In this document: positions 26,701-38,137 of the stretch, in pieces | Layout of the letters: every line of letters starts with the position of its first letter | How positions within the stretch are numbered: position 1 is the stretch's first letter | From: Macrostomum lignano | Lineage: Eukaryota | Length of the DNA: 64,000 bases | Direction: 5' to 3' | Assembly: GCA_002269645.1 (NCBI GenBank) | Contig: NIVC01002441.1 | Location: forward strand, 62,001-126,000 | Program-made: the position numbers and the translations under genes | Notes under the pieces: model-generated | Databases searched by the model: none | The model's input: only the letters and a program-made list of their open reading frames with translations | Told to the model about the DNA's origin: nothing

Positions 26701-29700
26701 CGGCAGCCGCGTCAACGAAGCCGCTCAGCGCCAGCCGCAGACGCGGCAGCAGCCGCCTGCCCTGGCAGTGGCCGGGCGCCCAGGCTAGCAGGCGGCAGAG
26801 GCAGCTGGTCAGCAGTTCGGCCTCGCCAGTCCGCTCCGAAGCTGGCGACAGCGGAAGCAGGCGAAGCCGCCCAGTCAGGGAGAGCAGGCTGCAGGCCGGG
26901 GACGGACCGCTCGCCGCAGCGCCCTGCATGTAGAGATGGTTGGGATCTTTTGCCTGTGCATTCGATCGATAGTCCTCATCAGAGCACAAAGCGTCCGAAA
27001 TCCTACAAAACCGCCTGAGGATCTGGTAGGTTGCGGGTGGCCCAGCAACTGAGGATTTGGCAGGGTGCCAGTGGCCCAGCAACTGAGGATCTGGCAGGGT
27101 GCCAGTGGCCCAGCAACTGAGGATCTGGCAGGGTGCCAGTGGCCCAGCAACTGGGGATCCGGCAGGGTGCCAGTGGCCCAGCAACTGAGGATCTGGCAGG
27201 GTGCCAGTGGCCCAGCAACTGGGGATCCGGCAGGGTGCCAGTGGCCCAGCAACTGAGGATCTGGCATGGTTGGGTTGGACTCAAGTACAGAGCTCCACAA
27301 TGGCAGCAGGTGTAAGTGAGCACAGACCAGCTCACCTCAGCCGCAGCTTGGTTAGCTTCGCAGTCAAGCTGTCTCAGCAGCGTCCTGGCATCCTTGGCGA
27401 ACGTAGGCGGCACCGGGGGCTCGGCCAGCTGCAGCAGGCGGTCCAGCAGCGAGATCGCCAGGCAGAGCCGCTCCGGGCAGCGAGACAGAGCGGCCCGCCT
27501 GGCCAGGCACCAGCGCAGCAGCTGAATGCACGAATTGAACACCCAGACAGCGGCGCAGGCGGGCGATTCCGCCTCTAACAGTTTATCGGCAGTTGTCATG
27601 GCAACCAACTGGGCCGAGGCCAGCCCGTCAGCCGAGGCTGCATCGGTGCCTCCACATGTGACAAACTCAATTAGGACAGGTGTTACTTCGTCAACTCCAG
27701 CCAAACGAAGCTGTCCGGAGCAGTCGGACAATCCGGCGGCGGCCAACTCGGCCAGGTCGGCGTCGAGTTGGCCGCGGCGTGGTCGGAGGCCTTGCAAAAA
27801 TATAGGGATGGAGAGGATGGAGGGATCTAGGGTGAATGGGGAGGCTACGGGATGGTAATCTGGTGTGGGAAGGCTATGGTATGGTATCTGGTGTGGGGAG
27901 GCTAGCTACGGAATGGTATCTGGTGTGGGAAGGCTACGGGATGGTATCTGGTGTGGGGAGGCTACGGGATGATATCTGGTGTGGGGAGGCTACAGGATGG
28001 TAATCTGATGTGGGAAGGTTATGGTATGGTATCTGGTGTGGGAAGGCTACGGGATGGTATCTGGTGTGGGGAGGCTAGCTACGGGATGGTATCTGGTGTG
28101 GGGAGGCTACAGGATGGTAATCTGATGTGGGAAGGCTACGGGATGGTATCTGGTGTGGGGACGCTATGGGATGGTATCTGGTGTGGGGAGGCTACGGGAT
28201 GGTATTTGGTGTGGGGAGGCTACGGGATGGTATCTGGTGTGGGGAGGCTATGGGATGGTACCTGGTGTGGGGAGGCTACGGGATGGTATTTGGTGTGGGG
28301 AGGCTACGGGATGGTATCTGGTGTGGGGAGGCTACGGGATGGTATTTGGTGTGGGGAGGCTACGGGATGGTATCTGGTGTGGGGAGGCTATGGGATGGTA
28401 CCTGGTGTGGGGAGGCTACGGGATGGTATTTGGTGTGGGGAGGCTACGGGATGGTATCTGGTGTGGGGAGGCTACGGGATGGTATTTGATGTGGGGAGGC
28501 TACGGGATGGTATCTGTGTGGGGAGGCTACGGGATGGTATCTGGTGTGGGGAGGCTACGGGATGGTATCTGGTGTGGGAAGGCTTTGGGATGGTATCTGG
28601 TGTGGGAAGGCTACGGGATGGTATCTGGTGTGGGGAGGCTAGCTACGGGATGGTATCTGGTGTGGGGAGGCTACGGGATGGTATCTGGTGTGGGGAGGCT
28701 ACGGGATGGTATCTGGTGTGGGAAGGCTACGGGATGGTATTTGGTGTGGGGAGGCTACAGGATGGTATCTGGTGTGGGGAGGCTACGGGATGGTATCTGG
28801 TCTGGGGAGGCTACGGGATGGTATCTGGTGTGGGAAGGCTACGGGATGGTATTTGGTGTGGGGAGGCTACGGGATGGTATCTGGTGTGGGGAGGCTACGG
28901 GATGGTATCTGGTGTGAGGAGGCTACGGGATGGTATCTGGTGTGGGCAATACTGAATACGGCAAATCAAGCTCGGTCTCACCTTCGCGCAGCACAGGCCA
29001 GACTCCTGAGGCCAGCTGTCGCCGGCTCGCGCCGCGCCGAGCAGAGAGGCTGGCCAGCTCCACAGCGCGCAGGCGCAGGCAGTGCTGAGTGCGCGGCAGC
29101 CGAAGCTGCTCAGCCAAGAAAGCCAGAATGCCGGTCAGCGGGTCGTCAACGTCGTCTGCTCCGGGATCGTCGCCGATGCAGCCGCCACTGCCGAAGCCGT
29201 GGTTGTCGATTTGCGCTGACCATGTGGTAAAATTTTATGAGCTTTTAGCATCTTGGATGCCAATTCAGAATTTCAGGAATGTGAAAAGGGAATTTCGAAA
29301 TGTAAGATGTTGATCTGGGATGCCAATTCTGAAATCTGGAATGCCAATTCTGAAATCTGGGATGCCAATTCTGAAATCTGGGATGCCAATTCCGAAATCT
29401 GGGATGCCAATTCTGAAATCTGGGATGCCAATTCCGTTATCTGGGATGCCAATTCCGAAATCTGGGATGCCAATTCTGAAATCTGGGATGCCAAATCCGA
29501 AATCTGGGATGCCAAATCCGAAATCTGGGATGCCAATTCCGAAATCTGGAATGCCGATTCCGAAATCTGGGATGCCAATTCCGAAATCTAGAATGCCAAT
29601 TCTGAAATCTAGAATGCCCATTCCGAAATCTAGAATGCCAATTCCGAAATCTAGAATGCCAATTCTGAAATCTGGGATGCCAATTCCGTTATCTGGGATG

Positions 29701-31704
29701 CCAATTCCGAAATCTAGAATGCCAATTCTGAAATCTGGGATGCCAATTCCGAAATCTAGAATGCCAATTCTGAAATCTAGAATGCCAATTCTGAAATCTA
29801 GAATGCCCATTCCGAAATCTAGAATGCCAATTCCGAAATCTAGAATGCCAATTCTGAAATCTGGGATGCCAATTCCGTTATCTGGGATGCCAATTCCGAA
29901 ATCTAGAATGCCAATTCTGAAATCTGGGATGCCAATTCCGAAATCTAGAATGCCAATTCTGAAATCTAGAATGCCCATTCCGAAATCTAGAATGCCAATT
30001 CCGAAATCTAGAATGCCAATTCTGAAATCTGGGATGCCAATTCCGTTATCTGGGATGCCAATTCCGAAATCTAGAATGCCAATTCTGAAATCTGGGATGC
30101 CAATTCCGAAATCTAGAATGCCAATTCTGAAATCTAGAATGCCAACTCTGAAATCTAGAATGCCAATTCTGAAATCTAGAATGCCAACTCTGAAATCTGG
30201 GATGCCAATTCCGAAATCTAGAATGCCAATTCCGAAATCTAGAATGCCAATTCTGAAATCTAGAATGCCAATTCCGAAATCTAGAATGCCAATTCTGAAA
30301 TCTGGGATGCCAATTCTGAAATCTGGGATGCCAAATCCGAAATCTGGGATGCCAATTCCGAAATCTGGAATGCCGATTCCGAAATCTGGGATGCCAATTC
30401 CGAAGTCTGGAATGCCGATTCCGAAATCTGAGATGCCAATTCCGAAATCTGGAATGCCGATTCTGAAATCTCGGATGCCAATTCCGAAATCTAGAATGCA
30501 TGTGGCGTCAGGATTCTCCGTTGCTTGAGTCCCCAACCCCAGGAACCTGAGAGTTCCACTCACAAAAGCTTTTAAACTGGCAACATTCATCCATTTCTAC
30601 TGTTCTTTGAACTTTTATGTCTTTTAACTCTTAGTTATTAAGTAGCTAATGTTACTAAATATGAGAAATATTCGTTCCCGTAACCATATCCATACCTGTA
30701 TGTTTTGTCTGAAAACCTCCGAATCTGTAGCTTACAAGCCGCGAAGCCTCTCTATCCGGCCCTCGGGTCCTTTGAAACTCACACTAGCAATCTGGCCTGC
30801 TCAAGGTTTGTGTCTTTTCCCAGCTCTCTTCACTGTAAAATAATCTCCTCTCTTTTCTCTCCTCTTCTCTTCTCCTTTATACCTTCGTCTCTAATTTCTC
30901 CTATCTCTCCTCTCTCTTCGCTATTCCGTCTTCTCTCTTCCCTCCGCTGACCCGCAGTAAGGCGCTAGATTCTCTATCTGGCTCTTGAAGTAATAAAGCT
31001 TGCCGACCCCTGGCATAGCCGTATCCTTAGCTATGGCGGAACTCTCTACCAAAATAATGTTTGGTTAACGAGGCCTCACCATCATCGTCCTCCCCGGAGG
31101 TGGCCGCTGCCTCGCAGCCCGCAACTCGGTGGCCACCCAGCGGCGCAGTAACGGCCGCCTCGGCCAGGGCCAGCAGCTGGATGGCGAACCGGACGCTGGG
31201 CGCCGACCTCAGCAGGCGCAGAGCCGCAGTCAGCAGAACTTGCCGACTACCAAGCGGACAGCGGCGAGCCAAACCCGGCGATTTCAGCAGCCAGGCGGAG
31301 GCGAATTTCACCGCCATGAGGGCCGCTGGGCCGCCGCCGCCGGGCAGCGCAGAGGTCCAGTGAAGAAACGCGTGGATGAGGTCTGCCTGGCTGGACATGA
31401 GGCCGGCCAGGGCTGCGAACAGGCTGCTCTCCAGGTGGCTGGCCGAGTTGGCCACGGCGTCGACGGCCTGGGTGGCGGCGGCAAGCAGGGCGTCCAGTAG
31501 GCCGAGGTCGGCCAGGAAGCAGTCGGCAGTGCCGGGCTGGGCTGCCAACTGCTTCAGTTCGAGAGCGGCCTCGAGGCGCTGCTCGGCAGAGGCGCAGGGG
31601 TCGGTCAGCTCGCAGCACAGCTGGTGCAGATGGTCGGCTAGAAGGTCTTTCTGTGCAATGCAGTCTTGCATTGCAAAATCGGGAGAGGCAAACTCCCAGC
31701 CCAT
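23713..31704 (-). CDS. Uncharacterised 1096-aa Leu/Ala/Arg-rich, probably alpha-solenoid (ARM/HEAT-like) protein; exons 31704-31080, 29215-28982, 27790-27336, 27022-26174, 24840-23713
   Basis: ATG in GCCATGG context. Exon lengths 625+234+455+849+1128=3291 nt. Intron phases 1,1,0,0, all with GT donors (GTGAGG, GTGAGA, GTGAGC, GTGAAA) and AG acceptors. No internal stops; GC-rich codons. Fold assignment is inference from composition. Confidence 0.85.
24905..26045. repeat. 45-bp intronic minisatellite (GGGATGGGGAGCTGGCATCAGTGCTTAGGGAGTCCAGTAGGATCA) in intron 4 of gene 2
   Basis: About 25 copies; 15-aa periodic ORFs. Confidence 0.95.
27015..27266. repeat. 34-bp minisatellite (CTGAGGATCTGGCAGGGTGCCAGTGGCCCAGCAA) whose first unit overlaps the intron 3/exon 4 junction of gene 2
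   Basis: About 7.4 copies with exact 34-bp period; first unit includes 8 exonic nt (27015-27022). Confidence 0.95.
27835..28946. repeat. 28-bp G-rich intronic minisatellite (GGGATGGTATCTGGTGTGGGGAGGCTAC) in intron 2 of gene 2
   Basis: About 39 copies. Confidence 0.95.
29315..30497. repeat. 21-bp intronic minisatellite (GATGCCAATTCYGAAATCTRG) in intron 1 of gene 2
   Basis: About 56 copies; 7-aa periodic ORFs. Confidence 0.95.
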
Positions 31705-34700
31705 GGCGTAATTTGGGGAATCCTGTAAGGGCAAATTAAAAAAGGTCTTTCTATTGAAACAGTGGTCTATGGATTGTCAAAATTATTATAAATAAGTTAA
31801 ATGCTTTCATTGCTACTTGATATATAATCTCTACAAATGGGTAAGTTAGCTTCTTAATTAAATAAACCGCTTAAAATGGCTGTTGAAGCAATACTATAAG
31901 TGACAGATCTTGATTTTAAACTTAAAGTGGGGGCCACTCTGACTCCTAAACAACCCTATGCATTTGCTACTGTACTATAATACTTAAACTTTTAGAGCTA
32001 ATTCAAAGTTAATATTTATTGCATAAACTCATTTTTTATTATTATAACATAATCATATTTAATTTAATACACTCCATTTTTAAGGCTCTAAAAACAATAA
32101 ATAGGTCAGTTATATAAATCTAATATTAAAATTATTTGATATATATCATATATAAGTCAATACTTTTTAAGTTTCTATAAATATAAGGTGGTAGGGCCTT
32201 ACTGATTAATAAGTAGCCAAACCCAAATATAAACACAAAAATAACAAAAATTCCATATGAGACAAGACAAAATATATTCTTATGTATTACTTTTGTGATT
32301 TCTTTTATCAATAAAAAATAGCTAAAATAGTTGGCCTTTGAGACAGTGCATTAATAATAGTATGATACTGTACGATAGTGCTAATAGTAACTCATTTTCT
32401 TAGAAACTTTAGTTCAAATCTGCGCTAAAAAGAAATTACTAGTATTTTTGTTTAAATGTGGTGAGTTGCAAAAATATTTTTGCGATTAATATTTGTTATA
32501 AACTATAATGATTTCTACTATAAATAGAAGCTCTGAGCAGGGCAAGAGGACCAACTCGGACAACTCGCCCAACTCGTTTAACTTGTTCATTTGTGTGCTT
32601 TAGCAAAAGCTAAAATCTGACAAGAAAATTGTTCAGTGTCTTATTCATTTCTTAGAGTGGAAGCCTCAACTTGGGAGTAATATTAAGATCCGCTAAAAGC
32701 GAGAAGTTGCCTCAGGGCAGTAATAGTAAATTCGCCTCAGGGCAGGAGAACCGCCTCAGAGCGAGAGAAAATTGCCTCAGGGCAAGGAAAATATAAAGCT
32801 GTGACCCTCTGATCCAGGGAACACCTAGGACTGAGAGATATAAGAGTAGACAGTGCCAATAGACTGCTCAGGCAAAAGGTACAGTACATGTACAACCGCT
32901 ACCATTAGATAAGTAGACGCTATCAATATAAGTAGATAAGTAGACGCTACCAATATTATTAGTACATTTATGCAAAAAGTACATTAAGTAGAAAGACAGA
33001 ATTAACAGGCCTGCAACAACTTTGGTGGCAGAGAGTAAAGTTAAACAAAAGAATAAATAAGAGCCCTGGGACAGCTTTTGGTGGCATTTAGTGGGATTCT
33101 CAGTGTACAGGGAAGAGCACTGTAACAGCTTGGTAACAACAGTGGGATATTATTAAGAAGGAAGCAAAACCCCTGTGACAACTTTGGTGGCATAACGGTG
33201 GAATTCTCATAGAGAGCCAAAAGGCCTGTGACACCTTTTAAATATTTTTTTGGATTATGTTTTGTTTCAAAAGAATATAAAAATACACTATATAATATTA
33301 AGTAAAGCCATTACTAGGCATTAGCAACAATACTAATAATTTAATTTCTAAAATAACTAATTAGTATTATATTTTGAGTGTGCTAATTTGCTATTATTTA
33401 GTTGTTTTAAATATTTATTTAGTTTGATTATTCCTTTCTGTCTGGAGATAGATTTTTTAACTATACTATACTATACACTACAACATATTTAAATCTTAAT
33501 ATCATTTCAGAGCAAGTGTAACTAGGTTTTCCAGATAATTTTTACAGATAAACTTCTTAATGTTCATTAAATAGACAACAATCACCTTTCAACACATTTT
33601 TAAATAAGTTTTTGTTTTTAACTGTAAACTGTTATACTATTGGCTCATATCATATTGGGGCCCTAGATAGATACATGCAAATCATGTAGAGTAAATGTTT
33701 TATAAAAATATTAAATTAACTGGATCTCACACACAACACAACAAATTTTTACTTAGCTCAACCCAGAGACATTACGTCGTTACCGCTAAACTAAACCAAG
33801 CATTCACCGCATTGAAATGCGAGGGAAAAAGTGAATTGACCGACATTCGGCGATAATTTTGAGTTTGCACAAACAGTACTAAAATATAACAAATGTATTA
33901 TAAGTACCAGGTACCTTAAAATTTCAAAGGACTTAAGTCACTTTCTTTCTTAAAGTACTTCACAAATTTATCTCTGAAGAGAAGTTTTAGCCTCAAAAAG
34001 TAAATAAATATTATGATTAAAAAGCGACTGACAATTTAACAGAATTATATCTAAATGATCTTTCAAGATCAGGGTCGTTCTCAAAGTTTCGACGTAAGCA
34101 GTTAAGCAAATTTTTTTTAATCCGCCTTAAATTGAGGGCTTATTTTTTCATGTGGCTCGACAATACTATTAAAAATAAACGTTTATGATTATAAACAGTC
34201 ATTTTTATTTAAAATTCTTGAGTAAATGTCAAGAGTCTGCGCATCTTCGTTTTTTAATTTATTTTTTGGATTATCGCTTTATAGCGTAATACCCATTTTA
34301 TAGATACAATATTTTTCTCACGTGGTCGTATCAAAAAGTAAAACTATCAAATATTATTTATATCTTGATTTCTTACAACCTGAAAGCCATTAAAACCTTT
34401 GGCTTGTTGAATTGACGTTTTTATTTTGACTTTTCTAGAAGCGTGACACTGTATGGGATGAAAAAAACTAACTTTCAGTTCATTCGTTCAGCTGATAGAA
34501 TCAAAAGAGAGGTGTGTTTTCATCTGTTATTAAGAAAGATGGTCACAATTTACAATATAGTATCAAATTATTCAGTGTCATTTAAAATTGTAAGAATTAT
34601 GTTAATTAAATCACGAGTTTTTAGTTTTTCAATAGCACAAAATTAACCTAACAAATACAGATTAATCTGTCTACAATAAAACAAGCAGTACCAGAGTAGT

Positions 34701-35328
34701 TCTGTTTCAAAGCCTTCATCTGTGGCTTGAAAAAAAGTACTGCCTCTATGCCCCTAGTAAAGTATTAAAAAATTCTCAGCACATTGTTAGGTTTTTGGAA
34801 GGTATTTTTGTACATCTAAAATAAACTTGGCCATTTAAATGCCCAATCTGTTGATGAAAAACAACAGAATTTTACGCTTTGTACTTAAATTTATACTGAT
34901 CTAATTTAAACTGGGTGTTGTTAGTTGTTTTTACTCAAAAGAAGATTTTTAGACTGATTTTTTAATATTTTATAGTACATTTTAAGTAGTCTGAAACAAA
35001 AATTAATATGCTAAGAAGCAGGAAAGAATAAAAGATGAATAAAAATGATGCCGTGCATTTTTATAGAAATACCATGAGAAAACAGTCTTGCATCTATGTA
35101 TGAAATGATAGTTATAATTATGAAACTAATTTTCTAGAGTTTACTAAAATAACATTTCTATGCTTCTTACTTTCTAATTAGATCGATTATGCATGATTAG
35201 TGATCTCAATTTTTAGGTAATAGATTCGGACTTTTGTTACATACCAACGACAAAAAGAAAATAGAAACATTTTTTAAAATTACTACTGGCAATGGTAAAA
35301 ATAGTACATCAGAAACGAATAATTATGC

Positions 35329-35696
35329 CAGGGACGTCGCCATGGATTCTATGGTTGAAGGGGGGGACGAAGCCAAGAATTCAGCATGTACACGACTAAA
35401 TTTCTGCTGTATATTATTTTCGGAATGTGTTGTCAACTATCATTTAAGCGCCATAGGCACTCGTTTTAGTGCCTCAGCTGCACCACTTCAGCACTGCTGG
35501 CATTCATTTTAGAACCGCTGGCACACATTTTAGAACCACAGGATCCATTTTCGCGCCGCAGACACTATTTTTGTCGTCCTGAAGCAACATTATTTTTTTC
35601 CATAACAGGTCAACGAAGGAATGCATGGTGGGGGACAAAGCATTTTACTGGGGGCTTGTCCCCCTGCACTGCCCCCCCCCGGTGGCGACGCTACTG
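35329..35696. mobile_element. Candidate hAT-like MITE nested in the 5' region of the Sola element
   Basis: Imperfect inverted ends CAGGGACGTCGCCA / TGGCGACGCTACTG, GC-rich subtermini in AT-rich context; no exact 8-bp TSD. Confidence 0.4.
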
Positions 35697-35821
35697 ATAA
35701 CGCCACATCAAGTATTAAAAATTTATCCACATCAGCTCACTGCTTGAAGCTTAAACGTAGATTTATGTCAATAAGTCTAAAAAGTTAAATCTCAAAACCT
35801 ATACATTTATCAAATAAATAA

Positions 35822-38137
35822 ATGAATTCCGTTCACTTTCAGCTCAAAAGCAACTGCTTCTTTAGTATGCCATCAAAGAAGCAGCGCGCTCGCGAGTCTT
35901 ATAAAAAATGGGAGAATAAAAAGCGTTCCGCTGATCTTGAGGGATTCAAAGAGCAGAATCGATTGAGACAAAAAAAGTTCTATTACAAACAAAAAAGTAT
36001 CATGGAATCGGACGCAGTAAAAGACCAGAGAAGACGTCAGATTAAGCCTAATTCAAGGAATGATACTAAACAGATTAAGAGCACTGCGAATGAGCGATTG
36101 AGTCGGTCTGAGGCTGCTAAGCAGCGGGAGATGAGAAAGAAAAAGGAAGAAATTTCGCGTTTGCTTGAACGGTTGAAGAAGGTGGAAGAAGAAAATAAAA
36201 AGCTGAAGCAGCAGAAGCGGCGAAGATCTAAGGCTGCTGTTTCTAGACAAGGTGCCTCTGACGATTCAGATGCCGCCGTCAAGCATATTGTGGATAGCGT
36301 CGTAGCAGTGAAACGAAAGAAGCACATGCAAGGCGTAGTTCGGCGCATTTGTGAGACTGCTGAGACTCCTGGAGTAAGAAAAGAGGTGCTCCGGCGATTG
36401 CACTGTTCCGGGAAAATTTTGAAGCCGCTTCCACCGCCAAAAGTGAAAAAGTTGCCAATGGCTGTTTCGGATTTTTTGTGTGAGGACCAAAACTCACGGG
36501 CGACTGCTGGAAGAAAAGAGACCGTGCTCAGAGGGTCGGAAAAGAAGCAGAAACGCTATCTTCTTTACGGAATGCAGATTTTGTACGAAAAATTTCTGTC
36601 TGAACACCCGACTGTAAAATGTAGCAGGGCTTCATTTTACCGTTACAAGCCGCCACATGTGCTTCAACCAAAAGTAGGCAATCGAGAACAGTGCCTGTGC
36701 CCACTGTGCACCAACGTCGACCTTTTGGTTGAAGGAATTTGTAAAGCAAAGCTAATAGATTCAACAGCTGACAAGCATGATCTTCTACGGAAGATTGTTT
36801 GCTCAGACGAGTCGTACAACTGTCTGAACAATATATGCCAGAAGTGCACTCAGCTTTCTCCTATCAAAGCTGGCGCCGCTGCTAATCAGCCAATTGTTGT
36901 GTACGACAAGTGGAAGCGTAGGACTGATGCGAATGGCATGGAGGTTGTAAAGAAAACGATGAACTGTGAGTTTGCCATAGCAAAACTTTTGAAACATTTG
37001 CGCAAATATGGCGCCCACTTCCTGCGCCTCCGACATCAATTTCGCGCTATTCGTCAGCTGAAGGACAATCTGGGCGAGCACCACCTGGTGCTACACATTG
37101 ATTTTAGCGAAGCGTATGGCGCAAAGTACCACCGCGAGACGCAACCAGCCCATTTTGGAGACCGCGGGCAGGTTACAATTCACCAGGGTGTCGCCTACGG
37201 GGTGTGTGAACGGCGAGGTGTGTCATTTGCTTCTCTGTCGTTGGACCGCAACAAGAAGGCGGAAGCAATTGTTGCACACCTGCTACCTGTACTGAAGCAC
37301 TTTTTATCCGTCTTAGGTGAAGTTGAGCGAGTCACCATCATTTCCGACTCCCCCAGCAGCCAATACCGCAACAGAATGACAATTTTTTTGTTTGATCGAC
37401 TGTTGCGGCGAATTGGCATCCATCGCTGGCAGTGGATCTTCACCGAGGCTGGCCACGGCAAGGGTGCCGCTGACGGTGTGGGAGCGGCCATTAAGCGGCG
37501 TTGCGACAACCGGGTGTCTACAGGTGAGCAGAGGCAGGTGGTCACGGTGCAGGACATGATGGAGGCAATGATGATCGGTGGCAGTAATGAAGAGAAAAAG
37601 ATTTTGCTTTTCGAGGTTACAACCAGTGACATCGAGGAGTTTGGAAATGTGCTGCAGATGGTGAACCTGTCTACAATGCCGGGCATTGCCAACTGCCACC
37701 ACGTCTGCCGAGTTGATGAAAGCGGCATCTTGTATCGGGAGCTGGTCTGTCTCTGCACAAAAGCTAATGATTACTGTCGGTGCCACAACGCTAGACTGTG
37801 GCAACCGCTGGCTTTGCCACCGATGCCAAGACAGCAGACAGTGCTTTCGGTGAAAGATGCAGCTGGTGCCGCAAGGTGTTCAACTGGCAAGCGTGTCAGG
37901 GGTCAAGAGCGAGGTCGGGGTCATGGTAAGTCGGGGACTGAGGTCGAGCGCTGCAGTTCTACCATCTGTATTCAGCCTGCAAGTTTGAGAATCCAGTGGA
38001 TTCAATGCGATGGCTGTGATGCCTGGCATCATTGTGAATGTGCTGGCTTTCCACCAAAGAGCAACCTGCCACAAAACTATTATTGCTCACCTGATTGCGC
38101 CTTCGACCTCACACAGGCTGAGATGAGGGAACTTTGA
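35822..38137 (+). CDS. Sola2-like DDD transposase with Cys-rich pre-catalytic region and C-terminal PHD finger (771 aa, intronless)
   Basis: Motifs HIDFSEAY (D427), ISDSPSSQYRN (D509), HGKGAADGVG (D551); upstream CLCPLC...C...C...CQKC cluster; C-terminal CSSTIC...WIQCDGCDAWHHCECAG...YYCSPDC; ORF uninterrupted. Met16 (35867) is an alternative start. Confidence 0.88.
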   Translation: MNSVHFQLKSNCFFSMPSKKQRARESYKKWENKKRSADLEGFKEQNRLRQKKFYYKQKSIMESDAVKDQRRRQIKPNSRNDTKQIKSTANERLSRSEAAKQREMRKKKEEISRLLERLKKVEEENKKLKQQKRRRSKAAVSRQGASDDSDAAVKHIVDSVVAVKRKKHMQGVVRRICETAETPGVRKEVLRRLHCSGKILKPLPPPKVKKLPMAVSDFLCEDQNSRATAGRKETVLRGSEKKQKRYLLYGMQILYEKFLSEHPTVKCSRASFYRYKPPHVLQPKVGNREQCLCPLCTNVDLLVEGICKAKLIDSTADKHDLLRKIVCSDESYNCLNNICQKCTQLSPIKAGAAANQPIVVYDKWKRRTDANGMEVVKKTMNCEFAIAKLLKHLRKYGAHFLRLRHQFRAIRQLKDNLGEHHLVLHIDFSEAYGAKYHRETQPAHFGDRGQVTIHQGVAYGVCERRGVSFASLSLDRNKKAEAIVAHLLPVLKHFLSVLGEVERVTIISDSPSSQYRNRMTIFLFDRLLRRIGIHRWQWIFTEAGHGKGAADGVGAAIKRRCDNRVSTGEQRQVVTVQDMMEAMMIGGSNEEKKILLFEVTTSDIEEFGNVLQMVNLSTMPGIANCHHVCRVDESGILYRELVCLCTKANDYCRCHNARLWQPLALPPMPRQQTVLSVKDAAGAARCSTGKRVRGQERGRGHGKSGTEVERCSSTICIQPASLRIQWIQCDGCDAWHHCECAGFPPKSNLPQNYYCSPDCAFDLTQAEMREL

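Noticed and set aside
24882-30590. Periodic ORFs (GSGMGSWHQCL, GYGMVSGVG, MPIPKS, etc.)
   Set aside because: They lie in introns of gene 2 and are array artefacts
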